Assembly (NCBI GenBank): GCA_947167045.1
Contig: CAMVGO010000003.1
Coordinates: 30,065-94,064 of the forward strand
Direction of reading: 5' to 3'
Length of the DNA: 64,000 nucleotides
DNA from: an uncultured Clostridia bacterium
GTDB taxonomy: Bacteria > Bacillota > Clostridia > Saccharofermentanales > Saccharofermentanaceae
Part shown: positions 29,398 through 40,724 of the stretch, piece by piece
How positions within the stretch are numbered: position 1 is the first letter of the stretch
Layout of the letters: every line of letters begins with the position of its first letter
Made by a program: the position numbers and the translations under genes
Notes under the pieces: generated by a model
Told to the model about the DNA's origin: nothing
The model's input: the letters and a program-made list of their open reading frames with translations, nothing else
The model's database searches: none

Positions 29398-29676
29398 ATG
29401 AAGAAGAAGCCGCAAAGAAGTTGTGTATCCTGCAGGACGGTAAGAGATAAGAACGATCTCTTGCGCATCGTCGTGACTCCGGAAGGCGAAGTCTCATACG
29501 ATCCCACCGGCAAGCTTGCCGGAAGGGGTGCGTATCTTTGCCGTAACGAGGCATGCATAACGGCTGAGCTTAAGAAGGCAGCCAGGCTTTCGAAAGGACT
29601 TAAGAAGCCTCTGACCGATGAAGAGATCGGTGAACTGGCTCAGACTCTTTTGGGGAGCATAGCTGAAAACGGATGA
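29398..29676 (+). CDS. ylxR: YlxR/RnpM-family RNA-binding protein
   Basis: PQRSCVSCR..LLRIV..DPTGKLAGRGAYLC; position after nusA. Confidence 0.9.
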   Translation: MKKKPQRSCVSCRTVRDKNDLLRIVVTPEGEVSYDPTGKLAGRGAYLCRNEACITAELKKAARLSKGLKKPLTDEEIGELAQTLLGSIAENG

Positions 29677-30005
29677 CAGAGAAGGAAAGAGCCCTCGGAA
29701 TGATCGGGCTTGCATCACGCGCAGGCAAAGTGGTATCGGGAAACGACGCCGTGACCGGAGCGATACGCTCAGGCAACGTTAAGCTCCTGATCATCACAAA
29801 AGACATTTCGGCCAACTCTTTGAACAGGATCTTAAAGAACATAACAGACGGAGATGAGATCCCCTGCTACAGTTTTGCAAGATCGGAAGAACTGGGAGAC
29901 GCCCTGGGAAAGCCAAACAGAACAGTTGCGGCAATTACTGACAAGAACTTTGCGGAAGGCATTTCCGCCATACTCGAGAATATCAACGAGGAGGAAGATA
30001 CTTGA
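29673..30005 (+). CDS. ylxQ: L7Ae/YlxQ-family RNA-binding protein
   Basis: [32 protein letters not shown]. Confidence 0.88.
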   Translation: MTEKERALGMIGLASRAGKVVSGNDAVTGAIRSGNVKLLIITKDISANSLNRILKNITDGDEIPCYSFARSEELGDALGKPNRTVAAITDKNFAEGISAILENINEEEDT

Positions 30006-32851
30006 TGAGTGAAGACAATGAAAATAAAAAGAGCGGTCTGACTGTCGGAGGCGTATCCGGCAGCAAGAAGATGAGGCTCGGACGCGTACATAAGAAAAAG
30101 ACTGAAGAGGCACCCGAAGCCCCTGCCGTTGCTGAAGCAAAGGTAGAGACTCCGGCACCTGCTCCTGCTCCGGAAGCAGAGGTCAAGCCTGCCAAGAAGG
30201 CTGCTCCGAAGAAGGAAGCAGCTGCTGAAAAGGCTGAAGAGAAGCCTGCAGAGAAGCCTGCAGAGGAAAAGAAGCCTGCAAAAAAGACTGCCGCAGCTAA
30301 GACTGAGACTGCTGCCAAGGCAGAGCCTGCAGCAAAGAAGGCCACGGCAAAGAAGTCTTCTGAGAAGAAGGAAGAAGAGCCTAAGACCGAGGAAACCAAA
30401 GCTGAGGATAAAGAGGAGAAGAAGCCTGCAAAGAAGGCTGCTCCCGCAGTAAAGACTCCGAAGGCTGAGGAAAAGGAAGAGAAGAAGGCTGAAGAACCCG
30501 TAAAGGAAGAGAAGAAGCCCGAAGAAAAGGCCGAGCCCGCAAAGGAAGAGAAGAAGCCTGAGGAAAAGACAGAACCTGTTAAGGAAGAGAAGAAGCCCGA
30601 AGTTAAGCCTGAGACAAAACCCAGACTTTCTTCCGCTGTAATCTCGCTTCCCGAGGTTCCCGCCAGAGGCGAGACGATCAGGAGTTCAACTGTCATCACT
30701 TATGCCGGCAGGGACAAGAAGAGTCCTGTAAGAAGCGGCGGTTCGGGATTCGGCGGCAACAGAGGCGGCGGATTCCAGAAGCCGGGCGCAGGCTTTGACA
30801 AGGATAAGGATGAGGACGGTTCACGTCCCCAGTTCAAGAGAGCGCCCAAGCCGAGAGCTGAAGCTCCGATCGAAGATGCAAAGAAGAGCAGATCTTCTTA
30901 TGCCGAGAAGAGCGCTTTCGACAAGAAACACAGCAATACAGACAGAAGAGACGGCGAGAAGAACGCCAATGTCGACAAGAGAAAGCAGTCACGCACATCC
31001 CAGTTCACGGGACGCGTCAACAGCGACGGTGATTATGACGATTTCTCTTTCAAGAAGAAGAAAAAGAAGCAGTCCGAGCAGCAGGCTGTGATCGAGCAGG
31101 TCATCACCGAGATCAAGATCCCCGCTTTCATCACGGTCAAGGAATTTGCCGAAGGTATCGGCAAGAAGAGCTCTGATATCATCATGGCTCTGATGAAGCT
31201 CGGCGTAATGGCTACCATTAACCAGGAACTCGATTTCGATACTGCATGCCTTGTCGCAGACAGCTTCGGCATCAATGCAGAGCTCCTTGAGGAGAAGACT
31301 GAAGAGGATATCCTTTTCGATGATGCAGACAATCCGGAGAACCTCGAACCCAGGCCGCCGGTAGTTGTAGTCATGGGTCACGTTGACCACGGTAAGACAT
31401 CACTCCTCGACAAGATCAGATCAGCTAACGTTACTGAGGGCGAGGCAGGCGGAATCACGCAGAAGATCGGTGCTTACACCGTACGTCTCAAGGGCCGCCA
31501 GATCACATTCCTCGATACTCCCGGTCACGAAGCGTTCACGACGATGAGAGCCAGAGGTGCCCAGTTCACGGATATCGCGATCCTCGTTGTAGCTGCAGAC
31601 GACGGCGTAATGCCTCAGACGATCGAGGCCATCAACCACGCAAAGGCAGCAAACACGGAGATCATCGTTGCGATCAACAAGATTGATAAGCCGGGCGCAA
31701 ATCCCGACAGAGTAAAGCAGGAACTTACACAGTACGGCCTTGTATGCGAGGAATGGGGCGGCCAGACGATCATGGTACCCATTTCCGCAAAGCAGGGAAC
31801 AGGTATCGACGACCTGCTCGAAAACGTATTGCTCACAGCTGACGTCATGGAACTCAAGGCGGATCCTAAGAGCCAGGCAAAGGGTGCCGTTATCGAGGCA
31901 AAGCTCGATAAGAACAGAGGTCCTGTAGCATCCGTTCTCGTACAGCGCGGTACACTGAGACAGGGCGATACGATCGTATGCGGTCCTATCCTCGGTAATG
32001 TAAGAGCCATGTACGACGACAAGGGTGCTCCCATCAAGAAGGCAGGGCCTTCCATCCCTGTCGAGATCCTGGGTCTTCCCGAAGTGCCTGAGGCAGGCGA
32101 GATCCTCTATGCCGTATCTGACGATAAGACGGCAAGACAGCTTGTTGAAAAGCGTAAGATCAAGCAGAGAGAAGAGAAGCTCCACAGATCATCCAAGATG
32201 AGCCTCGACACACTTGCCGCACAGATGGCCGCAGGCGATGTTAAGGATCTCAATATCATCATCAAAGCAGACGTTCAGGGTTCTGTTGAAGCAGTTCAGC
32301 AGTCCCTTGAGAAGCTCTCCAACGATGAGGTCAAGATCAATGTCATCCACGGTGCCGTTGGTGCGATCAACGAGTCCGACGTCGTTCTCGCTGACGTATC
32401 CAATGCGATCATCATCGGCTTCAATGTAAGACCTTCACAGATGATCGTTGATAAGGCAAAAGAGACAGGCGTTGACATCAGACTCTACAGCGTCATCTAC
32501 AACGCGATCGAAGATGTCGAGAACGCAATGAAGGGTATGCTCGCTCCGAAGATCGAAGAGGTCATCTGGGGTCATGCGGAAGTCAGACAGCTCTTCAAGG
32601 TCAGCGGAATCGGAACCATCGGAGGCTGCTATGTCACTGACGGTAAGATCCAGAGAGCTTCAAGTGTCAGAGTCATCAGAGACGACGTCGTTGTTTATAC
32701 CGGTGTTCTCGGCTCACTGCAGCACGAGAAGGATTCCGTAAAGGAAGTACTGTCCGGACACGAGTGCGGTCTTACGGTCGAGAAGTACAACGACATAAAG
32801 ATCGGCGATGTTATCGAAGCATTCGGCAACATCGAAGTTAAGAGGGACTGA
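30002..32851 (+). CDS. infB: Translation initiation factor IF-2 (start TTG 30002 or ATG 30005)
   Basis: [42 protein letters not shown]. Confidence 0.97.
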   Translation: MMSEDNENKKSGLTVGGVSGSKKMRLGRVHKKKTEEAPEAPAVAEAKVETPAPAPAPEAEVKPAKKAAPKKEAAAEKAEEKPAEKPAEEKKPAKKTAAAKTETAAKAEPAAKKATAKKSSEKKEEEPKTEETKAEDKEEKKPAKKAAPAVKTPKAEEKEEKKAEEPVKEEKKPEEKAEPAKEEKKPEEKTEPVKEEKKPEVKPETKPRLSSAVISLPEVPARGETIRSSTVITYAGRDKKSPVRSGGSGFGGNRGGGFQKPGAGFDKDKDEDGSRPQFKRAPKPRAEAPIEDAKKSRSSYAEKSAFDKKHSNTDRRDGEKNANVDKRKQSRTSQFTGRVNSDGDYDDFSFKKKKKKQSEQQAVIEQVITEIKIPAFITVKEFAEGIGKKSSDIIMALMKLGVMATINQELDFDTACLVADSFGINAELLEEKTEEDILFDDADNPENLEPRPPVVVVMGHVDHGKTSLLDKIRSANVTEGEAGGITQKIGAYTVRLKGRQITFLDTPGHEAFTTMRARGAQFTDIAILVVAADDGVMPQTIEAINHAKAANTEIIVAINKIDKPGANPDRVKQELTQYGLVCEEWGGQTIMVPISAKQGTGIDDLLENVLLTADVMELKADPKSQAKGAVIEAKLDKNRGPVASVLVQRGTLRQGDTIVCGPILGNVRAMYDDKGAPIKKAGPSIPVEILGLPEVPEAGEILYAVSDDKTARQLVEKRKIKQREEKLHRSSKMSLDTLAAQMAAGDVKDLNIIIKADVQGSVEAVQQSLEKLSNDEVKINVIHGAVGAINESDVVLADVSNAIIIGFNVRPSQMIVDKAKETGVDIRLYSVIYNAIEDVENAMKGMLAPKIEEVIWGHAEVRQLFKVSGIGTIGGCYVTDGKIQRASSVRVIRDDVVVYTGVLGSLQHEKDSVKEVLSGHECGLTVEKYNDIKIGDVIEAFGNIEVKRD

Positions 32852-32852
32852 T

Positions 32853-33266
32853 ATGAAAAACAGAAGACCTGAGATAGTCGGAGATGAGATACAGAAGATC
32901 ATCTCCACAATTATCTCGACCAAGCTGAAGGATCCGCGGGTTCCTTTGCTTACGTCTGTTACATCCGTGAAGATGAGCAGGGACTTATCTCATGCCACGG
33001 TCTTCATCTCTGTCTACGGCGACGAGAAGACACAGAAGGAAGCCATGGAAGCCATAGAGCACGCTAAGGGATTTATCCGTTATGAGACCGTGCAGCAGAT
33101 CAACTTGAGGATCGCTCCGGAACTCAGCTTCAAACTTGATAACACCCTTAACAACGCGCTCAGGATGGAAGCTTTGATCGATAAGACGATCAAGGAAGAC
33201 GAAGCAAGAAGACTTGCGAGAGAAGAAAAAAACGGCAATAAAGAGGAAGGTGGCGAAGAAGCATAA
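32853..33266 (+). CDS. rbfA: Ribosome-binding factor A
   Basis: LKDPRV, VKMSRDLSHATVFIS, AKGFIR, LRIAPELSFKLD. Confidence 0.94.
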   Translation: MKNRRPEIVGDEIQKIISTIISTKLKDPRVPLLTSVTSVKMSRDLSHATVFISVYGDEKTQKEAMEAIEHAKGFIRYETVQQINLRIAPELSFKLDNTLNNALRMEALIDKTIKEDEARRLAREEKNGNKEEGGEEA

Positions 33267-33289
33267 GGCTTCTTTGCCATTCCTTTTTG
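33251..33289 (+). terminator. Terminator-like hairpin overlapping the rbfA stop codon
   Basis: TGGCGAAGAAGC-ataag-GCTTCTTTGCCA followed by TTCCTTTTT. Confidence 0.65.
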
Positions 33290-33317
33290 CTGAACTGAAC
33301 AGAATGGAGATCCATTA

Positions 33318-34385
33318 ATGAGAGAACGCTATAAAGAAGGGAGCGCAAGAAGCGCCGGAAATATCTTAAGCGTTATAGAGAAAGCAAGAGCAGCCAACGA
33401 GATGATCCTTATTTTCCTTCACAGAAGTGTGGACGGAGACTGCGTGGGATCGGCATCGGGTATCTGCTCCATGATCAGAAGTCTCGGAGCGGATGCATAT
33501 GTTGCCATGCCCGAGGCACTTCCCGAGAACATGAAGTTCCTGGAAATAGATGATTTCTTTTTCCATCCGGCAGCGGAATCCGACCTCTCGGATGAATACT
33601 CCTCATCAGGCACCATAGCCGGTAAAAAGGTCGGAGCCGCAATTGCAGCGGACATTTCCGAGCCTTCAAGGATGGGAATATGCGGAGTGATCTTTGATTC
33701 GATAGAGAACAGGATCGTCATAGACCACCACGCTTCGGTAACGGCAAGGTCTGACAATATGTGGATCGATCCCGATGCATCCTCGGCAAGTGAGATGGTA
33801 TTTTATGTTGCCGAGCAGATAGCCGCAATGACGGGGAAAGAGATAAAGGATATCCTTGCGCCGAATGCCGCAAAAGCGGTTTTGGCGGGTATCGTAACTG
33901 ATACAGGAAGATTCACCTTTAAGAATACCCGTCCCGAGACGCTGGAGACCGCAGGTCTTCTGATCGAACTCGGAGGAGATATCTCTGAAGTCTGCTACAA
34001 CCTTTTCGACAGGAAGACAAAACAGAAATTCCTGCTGTCGGCAAAAGCCAGATCTGAAGTCAGGTTCTATTACGGTGACAAGTTTGCTCTTACCGTTGTG
34101 CCTTATTCGCAGTTTGTCGAATATAATGCCGGACCCGACGGCGTCGATGACGTCGTTTCCGCAATGCGCGACATAGACGGAGTGGAACTCGCGATCGTTC
34201 TGAGAGGACTCGAGAGCGGCGAGATAAGAGGCAATATCAGATCGCAGGATTATTTCGACTGTTCGAAGTTTGCCGAAGGATTCGGCGGCGGCGGACATGT
34301 CAGGGCGGCAGGCTTCACGGCCAGAAACGCCGATATATTCGCGCTTGCCGAAGAGATTGTCGCGAAGGTAAGTGAGTCCATATGA
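33318..34385 (+). CDS. nrnA: DHH/DHHA1 phosphoesterase (NrnA-like oligoribonuclease / pAp phosphatase)
   Basis: H..VDGDCVGS, IDHHAS, TDTGRF, GGGGHVRAAG; position between rbfA and truB. Confidence 0.85.
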   Translation: MRERYKEGSARSAGNILSVIEKARAANEMILIFLHRSVDGDCVGSASGICSMIRSLGADAYVAMPEALPENMKFLEIDDFFFHPAAESDLSDEYSSSGTIAGKKVGAAIAADISEPSRMGICGVIFDSIENRIVIDHHASVTARSDNMWIDPDASSASEMVFYVAEQIAAMTGKEIKDILAPNAAKAVLAGIVTDTGRFTFKNTRPETLETAGLLIELGGDISEVCYNLFDRKTKQKFLLSAKARSEVRFYYGDKFALTVVPYSQFVEYNAGPDGVDDVVSAMRDIDGVELAIVLRGLESGEIRGNIRSQDYFDCSKFAEGFGGGGHVRAAGFTARNADIFALAEEIVAKVSESI

Positions 34386-35320
34386 TCCAGGACGGATTCA
34401 TACTCGTAGACAAGCCTGAAGGATGGACGTCCTTCAAGACGGACCGTTTTGTCGGAAAACTCCTCGGAACCAGAAAAGTCGGGCATCTCGGTACGCTCGA
34501 TCCTTTTGCCACCGGACTTTTGCCGGTCTTTGTCGGAAAGGGACTTAAGTATCTCAGATTCTGCGAAGGATTTGACAAAGGCTATTCATGCAGATGCATC
34601 TTCGGTGCAAGAACCGATACGATGGACAAGACGGGTGAGTTTGTATCAGAAGATTATCCTTCCGAAGAAGAGATCGCAGAGCTTTCCGCTGGCGGTTATG
34701 AAAAGATCCGTCAGGCTTTTTCCAAAGTGCAGGCGACAAGAGAACAGCTTCCTCCCGCATATTCCGCGAAGAAGATCGACGGAAAGAAAGCATATGAACT
34801 TGCCAGAAAAGGCGAGTTGCCGGACCTTAAGCCTGTGCCGGTAACCATATATGCACTTGATATCAGGAATATCGAAATACCTGAAAAGGGCATAGCGGTG
34901 GACTTTGACTGCATGTGCTCCAAGGGAACGTATATCAGGACCATCTGTTCGGACTTAGGCGACATCACGGGTTTCGGCGCATATGCCGAATCTCTCAGGC
35001 GAACGGTCAACGGACAGTTCAGCGTAAAGGATGCCTATACTCCGGAAGAACTCGAAAAGATGGTCATGGAAGATGACTTCTCGTTTGTAAGGGATGCTTC
35101 TGAGACATTGAGTTTCCTGCCGGAGATAAAGCTCGATGCAAAGCAGACTGGGGACATAAAGTTCGGCAGGAAGATCGCGTTTCCTTTGGCAGTTGATGTT
35201 CCGGAAGAACGCGTCTATTATAGGGCGACAAGCGAAGGCCGGCTTATTGCCGTTGTTTTTCCTTCAATGGAAAATGGCGCTCTTACTATGAGGATAGAAA
35301 GGCTCTACGCTCATGATTAA
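34382..35320 (+). CDS. truB: tRNA pseudouridine(55) synthase
   Basis: DKPEGWTS, KVGHLGTLDPFATGLL, PPAYSAKKIDGKKAYELAR, CSKGTYIRT. Confidence 0.95.
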   Translation: MIQDGFILVDKPEGWTSFKTDRFVGKLLGTRKVGHLGTLDPFATGLLPVFVGKGLKYLRFCEGFDKGYSCRCIFGARTDTMDKTGEFVSEDYPSEEEIAELSAGGYEKIRQAFSKVQATREQLPPAYSAKKIDGKKAYELARKGELPDLKPVPVTIYALDIRNIEIPEKGIAVDFDCMCSKGTYIRTICSDLGDITGFGAYAESLRRTVNGQFSVKDAYTPEELEKMVMEDDFSFVRDASETLSFLPEIKLDAKQTGDIKFGRKIAFPLAVDVPEERVYYRATSEGRLIAVVFPSMENGALTMRIERLYAHD

Positions 35321-36251
35321 AGTCTGCAGCACATACGGTATCGATGACCTCCCGCTTGGGACAAAGGGCCGCGTAATCGCGCTCGGCCTTTTTGACGGAC
35401 TCCATCAGGGTCATCAGGACATCATCAGAAAAGCTGTTTCCACAGCCGGAAGGGACGGTCTTACATCAACCGTCCAGACATTCAGAAATCTCTGCAAATC
35501 CGGTGATAAGCCTTTATATACAGCGGAAGAGAGACTTGAACTGATAGGCGGAACGGGTGCGGACGAACTGCTCGTACTGGACTTTGATGCGGTTAAGGAC
35601 ATGGAACCCGAAAAGTATCTTACCGATATCATTTTAAACCGTGCCGTAGCCGATACCCTCGTCATGGGTGAGGATTACAGATTCGGCAAAGGCGCCGGCG
35701 GCGATGTCGCCATGATAAAAGAGTTCGGTAAAGCAAATAACGTCCGCGTCATAGTGGTCGGAGACCGTATGCTCGAAGACACGGGGAAGAAGATATCCAC
35801 GACCTGGCTCCGGAGCGCTCTGGGAGAGGGCGATGTGGATCTTGCTTCGAAACTCTGTGGCGGAAGGGCGTATTCATATTCCGGACGCTGCGTGCAGGGA
35901 AAGATGCTCGGAAGGACAATGGGCTTTCCGACGGCAAATCTGAACATTCCTGAAGATAAATTTGTGGTGAGAAGAGGCGTCTATGTATCGCGCATACTTC
36001 TCGGTCAGAGAGTCCTCTACGGAGTCACGAACGTCGGAAGAAGACCGACGCTCGAAGATGCGGTGAACGATGTCGCCGAGACTTATATCTTTGACTTTGA
36101 TGAGGATATCTACGGAGCAAACCTTACCGTCGAGCTGCTGCATTTCTTAAGACCTGAAGAGAAGATGACTTCCAAGGACGATCTTATCAGGGCGGTTGAG
36201 ATAAATAAGGTCCAGGCTCTTGAATATCTGAAGGCTGAAGGGCTTTTATAG
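35313..36251 (+). CDS. ribF: Bifunctional riboflavin kinase / FAD synthetase
   Basis: FDGLHQGHQ, GEDYRFG, KISTTWLR, GRTMGFPTAN, NVGRRPT. Confidence 0.94.
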   Translation: MIKVCSTYGIDDLPLGTKGRVIALGLFDGLHQGHQDIIRKAVSTAGRDGLTSTVQTFRNLCKSGDKPLYTAEERLELIGGTGADELLVLDFDAVKDMEPEKYLTDIILNRAVADTLVMGEDYRFGKGAGGDVAMIKEFGKANNVRVIVVGDRMLEDTGKKISTTWLRSALGEGDVDLASKLCGGRAYSYSGRCVQGKMLGRTMGFPTANLNIPEDKFVVRRGVYVSRILLGQRVLYGVTNVGRRPTLEDAVNDVAETYIFDFDEDIYGANLTVELLHFLRPEEKMTSKDDLIRAVEINKVQALEYLKAEGLL

Positions 36252-36430
36252 AACGCCGTTAAAGACGGTCTGCCGGACCCCGTTTCCGGGAATACGGATT
36301 TTCAGGCATATTTCGGGTAATCCTTCAGTTTCCCTCGAAAACAACTTTTGAAAGTTATAAACTTCTTTTTGTGGTAATATATCAGGGATTTACCCGGGCC
36401 TGTACGGCTAGGGCAGGAGGATAAGGAAAC

Positions 36431-37321
36431 ATGATAAACATGGAAGAGGTTAAATTCCCCGGTCTGGGGATAAACGTGGAGATAAATCCGGTCGCATTCA
36501 GGATCGGAAATATCCCCGTATATTGGTACGGCATCCTGATCGCGCTGGCTCTTATCGTGAGCGTCTTTCTCGCCGTAAAGCAGTCAAAAAAACTGAACTT
36601 CCCTGAGGGACTCGTATACGATACGATCCTCATGATAATTCCCTGTGCCATTATCGGCGCAAGAGCTTACTATGTTGCATGCAACTGGGATTACTACAAG
36701 CAGGACTGGAAACTGATCTTCGATACTAGATCCGGCGGACTAGCTATTTACGGCGGAGTCATCCTCGTATTCATCGGCGGCTTTGTCATGTGCTATATAA
36801 GGAAGATTCCTTTCAGGGAGCTTGCCGATTACTGCGTAGTATATCTGCCTTTGGGTCAGGCCATCGGAAGATGGGGCAATTTTTTTAACCAGGAAGCATT
36901 CGGCACCACGACCAATCTGCCTTGGGGCATGACAAGTCCTTCTGTCGAGCAGTTCCTCAGAATGAACTGCCTGACTCTGGTTCCCACAATGCCGGTGCAT
37001 CCGACATTCCTTTATGAATCGATCTGCGATCTCATTATTTTCTTTATACTCCTTTATGTGAGAAAGCATTCCAAGATTCCTTTCGAGACATCGTGCGTTT
37101 ATTTCATACTTTACGGAACCGCAAGATTCTTCCTCGAAGGATTGAGGACCGACTCCCTGTACATCACGGGAACCGGCATCAGGATCTCACAGCTCCTTTC
37201 TCTTGTTTTCGTTGTTGCTGGCCTCATCTATATTGCTGTTGCAAGAACTAAGAAGATCGAGAAGAAGGGCTTTCCCGCAAAACTCTATGAAGGCGCTCTG
37301 ACAGGAGAAGGTAAGAAATAA
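36431..37321 (+). CDS. lgt: Prolipoprotein diacylglyceryl transferase
   Basis: WYGILI, GARAYYV, GGLAIYGG, GQAIGRWGNFFNQEAFG, HPTFLYES. Confidence 0.95.
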   Translation: MINMEEVKFPGLGINVEINPVAFRIGNIPVYWYGILIALALIVSVFLAVKQSKKLNFPEGLVYDTILMIIPCAIIGARAYYVACNWDYYKQDWKLIFDTRSGGLAIYGGVILVFIGGFVMCYIRKIPFRELADYCVVYLPLGQAIGRWGNFFNQEAFGTTTNLPWGMTSPSVEQFLRMNCLTLVPTMPVHPTFLYESICDLIIFFILLYVRKHSKIPFETSCVYFILYGTARFFLEGLRTDSLYITGTGIRISQLLSLVFVVAGLIYIAVARTKKIEKKGFPAKLYEGALTGEGKK

Positions 37322-37323
37322 TA

Positions 37324-38448
37324 ATGGATAAGGCTGGTTCCGGCGTTGTAAGACTTCGCGGGAAAGACGGTCTTAAGACCGTCGACTATTATCTTGTCGT
37401 GCCCGTGCTGGCAATGACGATAATCGGCCTTTATGTCCTTCAAAAAGTTCTGTCCAAAGGTTATGCGGCTTATCCGGGCAACTATTACAGACAGATAGCG
37501 GCTACTGTCGGCGGCATCATCTGCGCGCTGATCATAAGCCTTTTGGACGAGCATTTCCTTAAGATCATCGGAAGACTCATCTACGCAGTATCGCTCTTCC
37601 TTTTGATCCTTGTTCCTATCGACGGCTATTCGCTTGCCGGCACCTGGGGCGCGGACTCCTGGCTCAATCTTCCGGTTATCGGAAACTTCCAGCCTTCCGA
37701 GCTCGCCAAGATAGGACTCATCATGGTGGCTTCGGACATCTTCGAAATGATGCACAACAAAGAGGTATCTCTCCTCAAAGGCTATGGCATCATGGCGGCC
37801 GTTTATGCTCCGCCGATGCTGCTCATACTTACCCAGCCTGACTTCGGTACCGCGATGGTCATCGTATTTACGTTCGTATGCATGATGTTCGCCTGGGGAG
37901 TAAGATACAGGTATTTCCTGCTCGCGTTTTCTACCATCGTCGTTGTAGTGCTTCCTGCAGTATGGTATTTCTATCTGGAAGCTTATCAGAAGGACAGGAT
38001 CTTATCGCTTGTCTTCCAGGGTTCCGATCCGAGAGCCGAATACAATCTCCTTCAGTCGCAGCACGCAATCGCTTCAGGCGGTCTTACCGGCAACCACACG
38101 GGTATCCTGACGTCGGTTCCTGTTAAGGAGAGTGACTTTATCTTTGCGGCGATATCCGAACACATGGGATTTATAGGAACGACCACGGTAATAATCCTCG
38201 CGTTCTTCTTCCTGTGCAGATGTCTTTTCGTGGCCTCAAAGGTCCCTTCCAAATCGGCGTCCTATATGCTTACCGGTCTTACAAGTTATTTCGCGTTCCA
38301 TTACATTGAGAATATGGGTATGTCAGTCGGACTTCTGCCGATCACGGGTATTCCGCTTCCTTTCATAAGCCTTGGCGGTACCGCCATGCTGATCAATTAT
38401 CTCGCGTTCGGAGTAATCCTGAACATATCGATGTCGCGTAAATCATAG
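37324..38448 (+). CDS. rodA: SEDS-family peptidoglycan glycosyltransferase, RodA-type
   Basis: FQPSELAK, QPDFGTA, YQKDRI, SDFIF, LPITGIPLPFISLGG. Confidence 0.85.
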   Translation: MDKAGSGVVRLRGKDGLKTVDYYLVVPVLAMTIIGLYVLQKVLSKGYAAYPGNYYRQIAATVGGIICALIISLLDEHFLKIIGRLIYAVSLFLLILVPIDGYSLAGTWGADSWLNLPVIGNFQPSELAKIGLIMVASDIFEMMHNKEVSLLKGYGIMAAVYAPPMLLILTQPDFGTAMVIVFTFVCMMFAWGVRYRYFLLAFSTIVVVVLPAVWYFYLEAYQKDRILSLVFQGSDPRAEYNLLQSQHAIASGGLTGNHTGILTSVPVKESDFIFAAISEHMGFIGTTTVIILAFFFLCRCLFVASKVPSKSASYMLTGLTSYFAFHYIENMGMSVGLLPITGIPLPFISLGGTAMLINYLAFGVILNISMSRKS

Positions 38449-38459
38449 CGGGGTTTTCA

Positions 38460-40724
38460 ATGAAGGGCAGATGGAGACAGAATCTTCATATTGAACCGCC
38501 GGAAGGTTGGATGAACGATCCTAACGGACTTTGCTTTTTTGACGGCTTGTATCATGTCTATTTCCAGTATTCGCCCGGCACTCCTGACGGCTCGAGCACC
38601 CGCTGCTGGGGACACTATATAAGTTCAGATCTTCTTTCATGGAAATATGACGGGATTGTCTTTTCTGCCGGCATTCCGGAAGACAGGGACGGGGTATTTT
38701 CCGGATCTGCGGTTGCTTTTGCCGATCATGCCGAATATTTCTATACGGGAAACGTAATGGAGGAAGGCGGTTACGATTACGTTCTTGAAGGCCGCGGCGC
38801 CAATGTCATATTTGCGGTTTCCGAAGACGGCTCGAAAATGTCATCAAAGAAGGTCATCTTAACGAACAGCGATTATCCGTCTTTCTGTTCGTGTCATGTA
38901 AGAGACCCTAAGGTCACTTTCGAAAACGGCGTTTATAAGATGGTGCTCGGTGCGAGGACGACAGATGACAAAGGATGCGTTCTTTTCTACGAAGGTACAG
39001 ATGTTTATTCACTCGAATATAAAGGATGCTTAACGGCTCCCGGTATGGGATACATGTGGGAATGCCCCGATGTTTTTGAGATCGGAGAAAAGAAATATCT
39101 TGCCGTTTGCCCTCAGGGGATCGAGCAGGGTGAATACAGATTTCAGAATATTTTCCAGAGCGGTTATTTCATTGTTGACGGAAATGAACTCCGTGATTTT
39201 GAAGAGTTCGACTACGGCTTTGATTTCTACGCGCCCCAGACTTTCACCGCACCTGACGGAAGAAGGCTTCTTATCGGATGGATGGGCATAGGCGATGATT
39301 CGTATGCCAATCCGACTGTGCCTTACGGCTGGCAGCATTGCCTGACTCTGCCTCGTGAGATATCGGTGGGACCGGACGGCAGGCTTATCCAGAGACCGTT
39401 AAGGGAATTGGAAAGAATAAAGGGAAAGGCCAAAGCGGTTGAAGGTGAAGCATGGACGGGACTTCCTTTTGAAGCCGACGTTGACGGATGTTCTTCTGAT
39501 GTGTGTGTTTCCGTTTCAGGAGCGGAGATCAGATGGAATAAAGAGCAGGGTGTACTTACTTTAAGTTTTACCAACGGTGAAGGTTACGGCAGAACCGGGA
39601 GAAGGATAAAGATCTCAGATCTCGAAACGCTGAAGATCATCGCGGATGTGTCTTCTCTCGAGATATACATCAATGACGGGCAGTATGTCATGAGTACCAG
39701 ATTCTATCCCGAATACAGGCAGGTAAGGATCGCGGTAGTAGGCGCGTCAGCTTCGGTATGTACGTTGAGGCTGAACGATACGCTCGTTGCCATAGGCGAA
39801 GCACTTATCGATTTCATTCCTGACAGAAAAGGCTGCGAATTCCACGAAGTCGGCGCCTTTTCTCCCGCTGTGGGCGGCGCGCCCGCAAATGTCAGCGCGG
39901 CTTATTCAAAGCTTGGCGGCAAGTCCCGCATGATAACAAAACTCGGGAACGATCCTTTCGGTGATTTGATAACAAGGACTCTGAATGAGGCGGGAGTAGA
40001 TACTTCATATATAAGTTATACATCTGAAGCAAATACGGCACTCGCGTTCGTCAGTCAGACGGCTGACGGGAAGAGCACTTATTCATTCTACAGAAATCCT
40101 TCTGCGGATATGCTCTTTGCCCCTTCCGAGGTAACGGGCGAGATGCTGGACGGCTGTTATGCCCTGCATTTCTGCAGCGTTTCACTGGGAGACTTCCCGA
40201 TGAGGGACGCTCACAAAACCGCGGTAACGATAGCGAGGAGAAACGGCGCGATCGTAAGTTTCGATCCCAATCTCAGGTTCATGCTCTGGGAAGATAAAGA
40301 TGAATTAAAGAAAGTGATCTGGGAGTTCCTGCCCGAATGCGACATTCTCAAGATATCAGATGAGGAACTTGAGTTCATAGCCGGAACATCAGATCCTGAT
40401 GAAGCGTTTTCGGTCCTGGGCTGCGGCAATGTTAAGCTCATCATACTTACAAAAGGCAAGGACGGTGCATGCGCTGTAAACATGTGCGGCACGGTCGATT
40501 CTGCGGTTCCTGCAGTTAAGGCTGTCGACACAACCGGTGCAGGAGATGCTTTTATCGGCTCGTTCCTGTGGAGCCTCAGGGCACACGGCATAGAGCGTGA
40601 CGGCCTCGGCAGTTGTTCTTCCGATGTCATAAAGGATTGTCTGGACTTCGCGAACCGGTATTGTTCCGTCAGCGTCCGGAAGCACGGTGCCATTCCGTCC
40701 TATCCGGATTTCAGAGAGATATAA
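38460..40724 (+). CDS. Fusion of GH32 beta-fructofuranosidase/sucrose-6-phosphate hydrolase and PfkB-family fructokinase
   Basis: WMNDPNG, RDP, WECP, DFYAPQT followed in frame by AIGEALIDF, GGAPANV, FDPNLR, DTTGAGDAF. Confidence 0.9.
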   Translation: MKGRWRQNLHIEPPEGWMNDPNGLCFFDGLYHVYFQYSPGTPDGSSTRCWGHYISSDLLSWKYDGIVFSAGIPEDRDGVFSGSAVAFADHAEYFYTGNVMEEGGYDYVLEGRGANVIFAVSEDGSKMSSKKVILTNSDYPSFCSCHVRDPKVTFENGVYKMVLGARTTDDKGCVLFYEGTDVYSLEYKGCLTAPGMGYMWECPDVFEIGEKKYLAVCPQGIEQGEYRFQNIFQSGYFIVDGNELRDFEEFDYGFDFYAPQTFTAPDGRRLLIGWMGIGDDSYANPTVPYGWQHCLTLPREISVGPDGRLIQRPLRELERIKGKAKAVEGEAWTGLPFEADVDGCSSDVCVSVSGAEIRWNKEQGVLTLSFTNGEGYGRTGRRIKISDLETLKIIADVSSLEIYINDGQYVMSTRFYPEYRQVRIAVVGASASVCTLRLNDTLVAIGEALIDFIPDRKGCEFHEVGAFSPAVGGAPANVSAAYSKLGGKSRMITKLGNDPFGDLITRTLNEAGVDTSYISYTSEANTALAFVSQTADGKSTYSFYRNPSADMLFAPSEVTGEMLDGCYALHFCSVSLGDFPMRDAHKTAVTIARRNGAIVSFDPNLRFMLWEDKDELKKVIWEFLPECDILKISDEELEFIAGTSDPDEAFSVLGCGNVKLIILTKGKDGACAVNMCGTVDSAVPAVKAVDTTGAGDAFIGSFLWSLRAHGIERDGLGSCSSDVIKDCLDFANRYCSVSVRKHGAIPSYPDFREI

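Noticed and set aside
30100-30620. Glu/Lys/Ala/Pro repeats in the IF-2 N-terminus
   Set aside because: Variable low-complexity N-terminal regions are ordinary for IF-2.
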